Assembly (NCBI GenBank): GCA_965223415.1
Contig: OZ245002.1
Location: forward strand, 3,968,001 to 4,032,000
Length of the DNA stretch: 64,000 bases
Direction of reading: 5' to 3'
Source: Myxococcota bacterium
Lineage (GTDB): Bacteria > Myxococcota_A > UBA9160 > UBA6930
Positions 29,459-36,974 of this stretch are shown one piece after another. The notes beneath the pieces are model-generated. The model saw only the letters and a program-made list of their open reading frames with translations. It did not search any database and was not told the DNA's origin. The position numbers and the translations under genes are program-made. Every line of letters starts with the position of its first letter. Position 1 is the first letter of the stretch.

Positions 29459-29506
29459 CCCCAAGATCTTGGGGTGCCCCACCCCCGCAAACACGAGATG
29501 TGGGTG
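29459..29506. promoter_or_regulatory. Tandem NrdR-box-like palindromes
   Basis: CCCCAAGATCTTGGGG (29459-29474, within a perfect 20-bp palindrome) and ACACGAGATGTGGGTG (29491-29506). Centres are 32 bp apart and both resemble acaCwAtATaTwGtgt. Confidence 0.55.
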
Positions 29507-29598
29507 AGACAAAGGGACGTTCCTGACTGTCTCACCTGAGCAGGTTGCTCGAGCAATCCTGGCGGAGTGAGACAGTCAGGAACGTCCCTTTGTCTCAC
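29504..29598. repeat. REP doublet / REPIN-like inverted-repeat element
   Basis: Two perfect 32-bp inverted copies (GTGAGACAAAGGGACGTTCCTGACTGTCTCAC at 29504-29535 and its reverse complement at 29567-29598). Each has 8-bp self-complementary ends; the 31-bp spacer is itself partly palindromic. Confidence 0.8.
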
Positions 29599-29600
29599 TC

Positions 29601-30653
29601 CTAGGCTGCGCCGAGCCCCGGGATGGCGCGGCCGTGGGCGTCGACCACGCGGTCGACGACCTGGCGCAGGACCGTCCCCTCCGGTGCGTCCACGGCGGGG
29701 GCCAGGGGCGGGGCCGGGTGGAGCGCCGTGGCGAGGACGGCCTGGATGCCCTCACGCAGGCCCGAGAGCGCGTAGCCGCCCTCCAGGACGAAGGCGAGGC
29801 GGCCGCCGCACAGCTCCTCGGCCAGGGCGCGCAGGACGGCGGCCATGGCGACGTAGCCGCCGGCGCCGACGTTCATGGCGGCCAGGGGGTCGTGCTCGTG
29901 GGCGTCGAAGCCGGCGGAGACCAGGATCAGATCCGGGCGGAAGGCCCGGGCGGCCGGGGCCACGAGCCGCTGGACGGCGCCCACGTACTCCGCGTCGCCG
30001 CAGCCGGCCGGCAGGGGAACATTGAGGGTGGCGCCCTCGCCCCGCCCCAGCCCCACCTCGCCGAAGCTGCCGGTTCCCGGGTAGTACGGGAACTGGTGGG
30101 TCGAGACGTAGAGGACGTCCGGGTCCGTCTCGAAGCTGTGCTGGGTGCCGTTGCCGTGGTGCACGTCCCAGTCGAAGATCAGTACCCGCTCGGCGCCCTC
30201 GGCCTGGGCCGCCCGGGCCGCGATGGCGACATTGTTGAACAGGCAGAAGCCCATGGCCCGATCGCCCTCAGCGTGGTGGCCCGGGGGCCGGACCGCCGCG
30301 AGTCCGCCGTCGAGCTCGCCGCGGGCGACGGCGCAGGTCAGATCGACGCACGCGCCCGCCGCGAGGCGTGCGACCTCGAAGCTGGCGGGGGAGACGTAGG
30401 TGTCCGGGTCGAGCTGGGTGGGCGCCCGCACCGCCGCTGCTTCGACCCCTCGCAGGTGGGCCTCGTCGTGAATGGCGAGGATCTCGCCGGGCTCGGCGAG
30501 CCGGGCGGGCAGGGGCACGAGCTGTTCGCGCACCCCGTCGATAGCGTCGGAGACCGCGCCCAGGCGCTCGGCGCGCTCGGGATGGCCGTCAGGCTCCCGG
30601 TGCTCCCGGTAGCGCCTGTCCTCGACGATGCCGATGCGGCGCGGGGAGGCCAT
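29601..30653 (-). CDS. Histone deacetylase-family (class II HDAH-like) amidohydrolase
   Basis: Motifs HPERAERL, RPPGHHA, GFCLFNN, DWDVHHGNGTQ, SAGFDAH and LEGGY. Confidence 0.95.
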   Translation of the reverse strand: MASPRRIGIVEDRRYREHREPDGHPERAERLGAVSDAIDGVREQLVPLPARLAEPGEILAIHDEAHLRGVEAAAVRAPTQLDPDTYVSPASFEVARLAAGACVDLTCAVARGELDGGLAAVRPPGHHAEGDRAMGFCLFNNVAIAARAAQAEGAERVLIFDWDVHHGNGTQHSFETDPDVLYVSTHQFPYYPGTGSFGEVGLGRGEGATLNVPLPAGCGDAEYVGAVQRLVAPAARAFRPDLILVSAGFDAHEHDPLAAMNVGAGGYVAMAAVLRALAEELCGGRLAFVLEGGYALSGLREGIQAVLATALHPAPPLAPAVDAPEGTVLRQVVDRVVDAHGRAIPGLGAA

Positions 30654-30729
30654 GGGCGGAGAATAACATCCACGGGTGGCGAAAATCGTTCGCGAGCCAG
30701 CGTTCGGTGGGGCACCATCCGCGGGGCGG

Positions 30730-31929
30730 ATGTGGGCACGAACGCGCTTCGACATCGGTTGGTCCGACGTACTGAGCGCTCTGGGCTACGTGCTCTTCGA
30801 GCGCGATGCGAACGAGCGAAAGGGCCGGATCGAGCGCTACTGGGCGCCCCAGGGCGACGGAGTGGCGTGCCTCTCCGTGCGCAGTGCCTTCGACCTGCTG
30901 CTCCGTGCGCTCGAGCTGCCGGCTGGGAGCGAGGTGCTGTTCTCCGCCCTCAACATCAAAGGCATGGTGACCGTGGCGCGCCGCCACGGCCTCTTGCCCG
31001 TGCCGGTCGATCTCGATCCGGAGACCCTGCTTCCGCGCGTCGAGCAGCTGGAGCGCGTCGTCACCCCGCGCAGCCGGATGTTCGTCGTCGCGCCGCTCTT
31101 CGGCGCCCGACCGGAGCTCGGCGAGCTGGCCGCGTTCTGCCGCCGGCACCGCCTGATGCTGGTGGAGGACTGTGCTCAGGGCTTCCTCGGCCCCCGCGAC
31201 CGGGGTGGGCCGAGCGACGTCAGCCTGTTCAGCTTCGGGCCGCTCAAGACCTCGACAGCGCTGGGCGGCGCCCTGGCGCGGGTGGACGACCCGGATCTGT
31301 GCGCGCGAATGCGGACACTCCAGGAGGGCGACTCGCAGCAACGCCCTCGCGCCTTCCTCGTGCGTCTGCTTCGCTTCGCCGGGCTCAAGCTCGCTACCTA
31401 CCGGATCCCCTACGCCATGCTGAGTCGCCTGCTGGGCCGCGGCGGCGATGCCGAGGCGAGGCTCGGCCAGGCGGTGCGCTCCATCGCCCGTCAGAAGACG
31501 TCGAAGTCGCTTCGCTTGCGCCCCTGCGCCGCGCAGCTTGCGCTGCTCGAGCGGAGGCTGCGCCACTTCCGGGAGGATCGCATGGCATTGCGGATCTCCC
31601 TCGCCCGCGGGCAGGAGCGTTCGCTTCGCGGCCGTGTCGCCTGCCCCGGGACCCGGCACGTCCGCCACGGCTTCTGGGCTTTTCCGGTGCTCGTCAAACA
31701 GCCGGCCCTGGCGATCCTGGCTCTGCGCGCGGCGGGCTTCGACGCGGCTCCCGTCACCAGCCTCCGCGAGGTTCCCGCGCCGGACGAGCGGCCGGAGCTG
31801 CGCCCGGTGGCTGCGGAGCAGATCCTTCGCCAGCTCGTCTTCCTACCCTGCGATCCAGTGCTGGGTGCAGCTGAGCTATCACGGCAGGCCGCCATCCTGA
31901 CGCTGGCCCTCGGGGAGAGCGGAGCATGA
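30730..31929 (+). CDS. DegT/DnrJ/EryC1/StrS-family PLP-dependent aminotransferase-like protein
   Basis: VEDCAQ (PLP-binding Asp) and FSFGPLKT (PLP-binding Lys); VPVDLDPETL. Confidence 0.85.
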   Translation: MWARTRFDIGWSDVLSALGYVLFERDANERKGRIERYWAPQGDGVACLSVRSAFDLLLRALELPAGSEVLFSALNIKGMVTVARRHGLLPVPVDLDPETLLPRVEQLERVVTPRSRMFVVAPLFGARPELGELAAFCRRHRLMLVEDCAQGFLGPRDRGGPSDVSLFSFGPLKTSTALGGALARVDDPDLCARMRTLQEGDSQQRPRAFLVRLLRFAGLKLATYRIPYAMLSRLLGRGGDAEARLGQAVRSIARQKTSKSLRLRPCAAQLALLERRLRHFREDRMALRISLARGQERSLRGRVACPGTRHVRHGFWAFPVLVKQPALAILALRAAGFDAAPVTSLREVPAPDERPELRPVAAEQILRQLVFLPCDPVLGAAELSRQAAILTLALGESGA

Positions 31930-32783
31930 GTCTCACTGGAGAGGTCCGGCGCCGCCGCCGGCGTATCGTCAAAAAACTCGGCAAGCGGCTCGTGCGACGG
32001 GCCAGCGACTTCCTGGGCGCCCAATCGGTCGTCGGCACCGAGCCCGTGCTTCTCGCATCGGACTTCCCCGAGCTTGCCGCGCTGCAGGCGGATTGGAAGC
32101 GCGTCCGCGAGGAGCTGGATGGCGTGCTGGCCGACCGCGATCGCCTGCCGCCCCTCCGCGAGCTCTCGCCGGACCAGGCGCGTATCGCGACGGACGATCG
32201 CTGGCGCTCGTTCCCGCTTCACGGCTTCGGCTACCGCGTCGCCCGCAGCTGCGAGCGTTGCCCGGAGACCGCTCGCCTCGTCGAGGCGATTCCTGGCATG
32301 CAGAGCGCCTGGTTCTCGGTAGTCGGCGCTGGCTGCCACGTGCCCTCCCATCGCGGAATCACGCGCGGCATGCTCACCGTTCACCTGGCGCTCCGCGTGC
32401 CCGAGCCTCGGGAGCGATGTCGTATCCGGATCGCCGATCGCGATCACCACTGGCGCGAAGGAGAGCTTCTGATCTTCGACGACACGGTTCCCCACGCGGT
32501 GTGGAACGACACAGACGGCGATCGGGTCGTCCTGCTGATCGACGTGGATCGCCCGATGCGCTGGCCGGGCGGCGTGTTCCACCGGCTGTTCATGGCCGGA
32601 TTCCGCCAGACCGGCTACGTGAAGGACGCCCGGGCGAACTTCGCAGCGTGGGAGCGGAGCTTCTATTCCGAGGCCGGCCCGGAATCCGTCACTGCAAGTA
32701 CCTCACGCTATGCGCCGTCGTCGAGCAGCAGCCGAGCCTCGACTGCGTCCGGAGTGTCGAGTCCCTCCGACAGACGCTCGTAG
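31926..32783 (+). CDS. Aspartyl/asparaginyl beta-hydroxylase-family 2OG-Fe(II) dioxygenase (LpxO/OlsC-like)
   Basis: Motifs CPETARL, HVPSHRG, HLAL.VP, WREGELLIFDDTVPHAVWN and RVVLLID. The 3' end overlaps the convergent gene. Confidence 0.88.
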   Translation: MSLTGEVRRRRRRIVKKLGKRLVRRASDFLGAQSVVGTEPVLLASDFPELAALQADWKRVREELDGVLADRDRLPPLRELSPDQARIATDDRWRSFPLHGFGYRVARSCERCPETARLVEAIPGMQSAWFSVVGAGCHVPSHRGITRGMLTVHLALRVPEPRERCRIRIADRDHHWREGELLIFDDTVPHAVWNDTDGDRVVLLIDVDRPMRWPGGVFHRLFMAGFRQTGYVKDARANFAAWERSFYSEAGPESVTASTSRYAPSSSSSRASTASGVSSPSDRRS

Positions 32784-35700
32784 CGCGGGCGCAGCAGCTC
32801 TTGCCCTTCGCCGCGCGCGCCGCGACGCTGCAGCACGCGGGCCAGGCTCGAGGCCGAACGAAGCGCCAGCGCCGGCGCGTCCTGGGCCTCCGCCAGCTGG
32901 AGCGCCTCGCGCAGCAGGCGCTCGGCCAGGGCGACGTCGGTCGTCTCGCGCAGCTCGGCCTCGATGCGCCGGAGCTCCGGATCCCAGTAGTGCTGCCCCC
33001 TGCGCCGGCCGAGCTGGAGGCCCTGATCCACGGCCTCGAGGGCCGCGTCGACCCTTCCCGCCAGCTCTCTCACCTCGGCGATCATCGCCCACACCATCGG
33101 GCCACCGACGAGCAGACCGGTGGTCCCCAGCAGGGCGGCACCCTGGTCGACCTCGGCGAGGCCTTCTTCGACGCGGCCGCTCGCGGCCGCGGCCCAACCA
33201 CGAGCCACCCGCGTCACCCACTCGATCAGAGGGAAGCGCTGGGTCTGCGCTAGGTCGATAGCCTCGTCGGCCAGGGTCATGCAGGCCGCCGGCTCACGCC
33301 GCAGGAGGTGCACCGTGGCCCCGAAGCCGAGGGCGTAGCCCAGGCTGTAGGGATGGCCGTCGGCGCGACCGAGCTCGAGCGCCCGCTCGCTCCAGCGCTT
33401 GGCCTGATCGGCCTCTCCGAGACACCAGGCGGCGCGCGCACCGAAGACCCGGGTGGCCACCCCCGGGTCCAGCCCGAAGTCGACCGTCAGGTGCGCATGG
33501 CGCTCCGGGTCGTGCAGGGCGACGGCAGAGCCGAATGCCTCCCTGGCGGTGCGCCACGCGCCCATCCAGTAGAACGCCATGCCCCGGGCGAGCAGAGCCT
33601 GAATCATCTGGCCGTCATCGCTGCGCTCGGTGGCGGCCGAGACGAGGTGGCCGCTCAGCTCGAGGGCCGTGTCCAGCTCGCCGCGGCTCTCGAAGAATGC
33701 GCTCGTTCCGCAGAGTGCGCGGAAGACCTGGGGCGCGTCGCCGACCGTTCCGCAGAGCTCACGGGCGCGGGCGTACACCTCGCCGACCTCCGGGCTTGCA
33801 TAGCCCTTGACCGCCACGAGCGGGACGCCCAGATCGACCAGGAGGACCAGCTCCCGGGCGTCACGTTCCGGCGAGGGCGGCAGGCCACGCGTGAGGTCGA
33901 TACCCCGCCGCAGGTGTCCGATGGCCTCCAGGTTCGCCGACCGTGCCACGGCACTGCGCCCGGCCTCCTCGTAGCGGCCGATCGCGGGCTCCGGCAGGCC
34001 TGCTTCCTCGTAGTGGCGGGCGATCACCTCCGGCTCCCCTTGCGCTTGCTCCGGGAACTCCTCCTCGAGGAGACGCGCGATCCGCGCGTGATAGGCCCGG
34101 CGGGTGGAGCGGAGCAGGGACTGGTAGGCGGCGTTCTGGATCAGCGCGTGGCGGAAGCCGTAGCGTCTCGTCCCGGCCCCCCCTTCTTCCTCGATGAGAT
34201 CGGCCTCGATCAGCTGTCCCAACGACGAATCGAGGTCGAGCTCCTCTCGGCGGGTGACCGCGCGCAGCAGCTCTTCCGAGAAGCCGCGGCCGATGACCGC
34301 CGCCACCTGCGCGAGGGTCTTCGCCGGCCCGAGGCGGTCGAGACGCGCGAGGAGCGAGGCATGCAGGGTCGAGGGAATGACGAACTCCCTCGCCGACCCA
34401 CCGCGCCCGTCGGTCCCGGGCACGGCCATGGTCTTCGTCAGCTCCTCGACGAAGAGCGGAACGCCGTCGGTGGTCTCGACCACCCTCTCCTCGACGGCGG
34501 CCGGAAGCGGATGGGCCGCGGCAATGTGCCGGATCATCGACAGGCTCTGCTGCCGAGTGAGGGGAAGGAGGGACAGCCGAGCGATGCTCGAGGAGTCGCC
34601 CAGGGTCAGCGTGCGGCTGGGGCGCGACGTCAGCGCGAGGAGGATCGGATGCTTCGCGATGCGCTCCAGGGCCAGCCCGAGGAGCTCCAGGGTCGAGGGA
34701 TCGGCCCAGTGCAGATCCTCGACGGCCAGCACCAGGGGCTGGCCCTGCGCGCGGGTCAGCAGCCAGGTGATCAGCGCCTCGAGGGTGCGGGCGCGCTCTG
34801 CGTCGGGGCTGAGCGCCGGCGGCTCGGGCTCCCGCTTCTCGGGGAGCGAGAGCAGTCGAGCGAAGAGGGGCAGGGCGTCCGGGTCGATGTCCGCCTCGTC
34901 CAGCTCCCAGCGGAGGCGATCGACGGGTGTCGCGCCGCGACCGCCGGCGTCCTCGCCGATGGCGTCCTGCAGGAGCTCGATGATCGGGTGGAAGGAGGTG
35001 CCGGAGTGGTAGGCGGAGCAGTGGGCCTCCAGCCAGGCGAAGCCACGCCCCAGCGCATGCTCGCGCAGCACCCGTAGCAGGCGGGACTTCCCCATGCCCG
35101 CCTCCGCGGCGATCAGAATCGCCCGCCCGCGCCCGGACAGCACCTGGTCGCAGCGATCGAGCAGGAGATCCACCTCCTGGGTGCGCCCGACGAACGGCGT
35201 GAGATCGCGCTGACCCCCGAGCTTGCGCCGTCCTGGACGCCCGAGCGCCGTTCGGACGCAGAAGGCGGTGACGGGCTCCGCGAGCCCCTTCAGTCGGTGT
35301 TCGCCTCGCTCCTCGATCAGGAAGGCGTCCGCCAGGAGCGCGCGGGTCGTGCCGCTGATCAGGATCTCGCCGGGATGGGCGAGGGTCTCGAGGCGCGCAG
35401 CGACGATCACCGCGTCGCCCATGGCGAGGTTCTCCAGCCGTTCGCCGGCTCCCATTTCGCCCACTACCACGGAGCCAGTGCTGATGGCGACCCGCACCTC
35501 GAGGGGGTGGAGGCCCAGGGCCGGAAGGCGTTCACTCAGGCTGGCGTTCACCGTCGGCAGGATGGCCATCATCCCCAGCGCTGCATCGACCGCACGGATC
35601 GGGTCGTCCTCGTGAGCGACCGGGTAGCCGAAGTAGACGAGGAGGCCATCGCCCAGGTACTGGGCTACGCGTCCGCCGAAGCGCTCGACGACGGGGGCGC

Positions 35701-36007
35701 AGGCGGCTTGGTAGGCGCGCACAGCGGATCGCAGATCCTCCGGGTCCAGCCTCTGGGAGAGCTCGGTCGAGTCCACCAGATCGCAGAACATGGCGGTGAT
35801 GGGCCTCCGCTCGGCGTTGTCCTCGTGGAGGGAGGCCGGGGTCGGCTCTGCGGCCCCGCTGTGAGGCCGGCCGCAGTGAGCGCAGAAGCGGGCACCCCGG
35901 GGAACCGCGGTGCCGCAATGGGTGCACTCGGCGTTCACCGGCGTTCCGCAATGGATGCAGAAGCGCGAGGAGGTCGGAGTGTCGTTGCCGCAATCGGTGC
36001 AGCGCAT
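32708..36007 (-). CDS. Class III adenylate/guanylate cyclase with double zinc ribbon, AAA ATPase and TPR-like domains
   Basis: Four CxxC pairs at the N-terminus; FCDLVDST and YLGDG cyclase motifs; Walker A AEAGMGKS; EDLHWAD; helical C-terminus. Confidence 0.92.
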   Translation of the reverse strand: MRCTDCGNDTPTSSRFCIHCGTPVNAECTHCGTAVPRGARFCAHCGRPHSGAAEPTPASLHEDNAERRPITAMFCDLVDSTELSQRLDPEDLRSAVRAYQAACAPVVERFGGRVAQYLGDGLLVYFGYPVAHEDDPIRAVDAALGMMAILPTVNASLSERLPALGLHPLEVRVAISTGSVVVGEMGAGERLENLAMGDAVIVAARLETLAHPGEILISGTTRALLADAFLIEERGEHRLKGLAEPVTAFCVRTALGRPGRRKLGGQRDLTPFVGRTQEVDLLLDRCDQVLSGRGRAILIAAEAGMGKSRLLRVLREHALGRGFAWLEAHCSAYHSGTSFHPIIELLQDAIGEDAGGRGATPVDRLRWELDEADIDPDALPLFARLLSLPEKREPEPPALSPDAERARTLEALITWLLTRAQGQPLVLAVEDLHWADPSTLELLGLALERIAKHPILLALTSRPSRTLTLGDSSSIARLSLLPLTRQQSLSMIRHIAAAHPLPAAVEERVVETTDGVPLFVEELTKTMAVPGTDGRGGSAREFVIPSTLHASLLARLDRLGPAKTLAQVAAVIGRGFSEELLRAVTRREELDLDSSLGQLIEADLIEEEGGAGTRRYGFRHALIQNAAYQSLLRSTRRAYHARIARLLEEEFPEQAQGEPEVIARHYEEAGLPEPAIGRYEEAGRSAVARSANLEAIGHLRRGIDLTRGLPPSPERDARELVLLVDLGVPLVAVKGYASPEVGEVYARARELCGTVGDAPQVFRALCGTSAFFESRGELDTALELSGHLVSAATERSDDGQMIQALLARGMAFYWMGAWRTAREAFGSAVALHDPERHAHLTVDFGLDPGVATRVFGARAAWCLGEADQAKRWSERALELGRADGHPYSLGYALGFGATVHLLRREPAACMTLADEAIDLAQTQRFPLIEWVTRVARGWAAAASGRVEEGLAEVDQGAALLGTTGLLVGGPMVWAMIAEVRELAGRVDAALEAVDQGLQLGRRRGQHYWDPELRRIEAELRETTDVALAERLLREALQLAEAQDAPALALRSASSLARVLQRRGARGEGQELLRPRYERLSEGLDTPDAVEARLLLDDGA

Positions 36008-36131
36008 GGCGCTTCGGGCTCCCCAGGGAGGATGGGGCAGCGAGGCCGGTCGCGCATCCACTCCATTCGGGGCGGTCCTCTCCCGACGGCGCGGGATATG
36101 CTCTTCGGCCCTGGACGACGGGAGGGGTCTC

Positions 36132-36974
36132 TTGAGCCGTGAGCTCTTCGACCTGTGGAAGCGGCTGCCGCCGGGCCCCAAGCGCTGGCTCCGGCGCAGG
36201 TGGTACGAGGCGATCTCGGCTCTCGATACGGGCCAGCATCTGCTGTTCATGAACCACGGCTTCGCGCCTGCAGATGCAGCGGATTCGCTGGCGCTGTCGG
36301 CCGCTGACGAGCCGCATCGCTTCGCGATCCAGCTCTACGATCGTGTCGCCGATCTCGCTGAGTGGGCGGGGCGCGACGCCCTCGAGGTCGGCTGCGGGCG
36401 CGGCGGTGGAGCGGCGTTCCTGATGCGCACGCGCCGGCCGCGCTCGCTCGTCGCGGTGGATCTCACGGATCGCGCGATCCGCTTCTGCCGCCGCCGTCAC
36501 CGGCTGCCCGGCCTGCGCTTCGAGCGCGCCGATGCCCAGGCGCTGCCGTTCCCCGATGAGCAGTTCGACCTCGTGCTCAACGTCGAGTCGTCCGTCCTCT
36601 ACGAAGATCCGGCCCGCTTCTTCCGTGAGGTGCACCGCGTCCTGCGCCCTGGCGGCCGCTTCCTGTTCGCCGATTCCCGCCGCGCGAGGAAGCTGGCGAC
36701 GCTCCGCACCCAGCTGGCGGCCTCGGGGCTCGCGCCCCTGGAGGAGCACGACATCTCCAAGCAGGTCGTCCACGGGTTGGAGCTCTCGAGCGGGCCGCGC
36801 CGCGAGCTTCTCACCCGGGTCGTGCCGCGACCCCTGCGCGGGCTGTTCCGCCGATTCGCGCACCTGGAAGAAGACGAGCGCGAACGGCGTCTGTTCGAGG
36901 AGGGGCGCAAGATCTATCTCGTCGCCGCGCTGGCCAAGCCCCTGGCCGGCGCGCGGAAAGGAGAGCCCTCATGA
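36132..36974 (+). CDS. Class I SAM-dependent methyltransferase (phthiotriol-methyltransferase-like)
   Basis: GGAGG plus TTG at 36132. Motifs LFMNHGF, LEVGCGRGGG, FDLVLNVESS and LRPGGRF. Confidence 0.85.
   Translation: MSRELFDLWKRLPPGPKRWLRRRWYEAISALDTGQHLLFMNHGFAPADAADSLALSAADEPHRFAIQLYDRVADLAEWAGRDALEVGCGRGGGAAFLMRTRRPRSLVAVDLTDRAIRFCRRRHRLPGLRFERADAQALPFPDEQFDLVLNVESSVLYEDPARFFREVHRVLRPGGRFLFADSRRARKLATLRTQLAASGLAPLEEHDISKQVVHGLELSSGPRRELLTRVVPRPLRGLFRRFAHLEEDERERRLFEEGRKIYLVAALAKPLAGARKGEPS

Noticed and set aside
29504..29598. Possible mini-CRISPR (32-bp repeats, 31-bp spacer)
   Set aside because: There are only two units, they are inverted rather than direct copies, and no cas genes are in the window.
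28600..29600. rnpB, tRNA or SRP RNA near mraZ
   Set aside because: I found no GAGGAAAGTCC RNase P signature, no cloverleaf with a T-loop and no SRP domain IV motif by eye.
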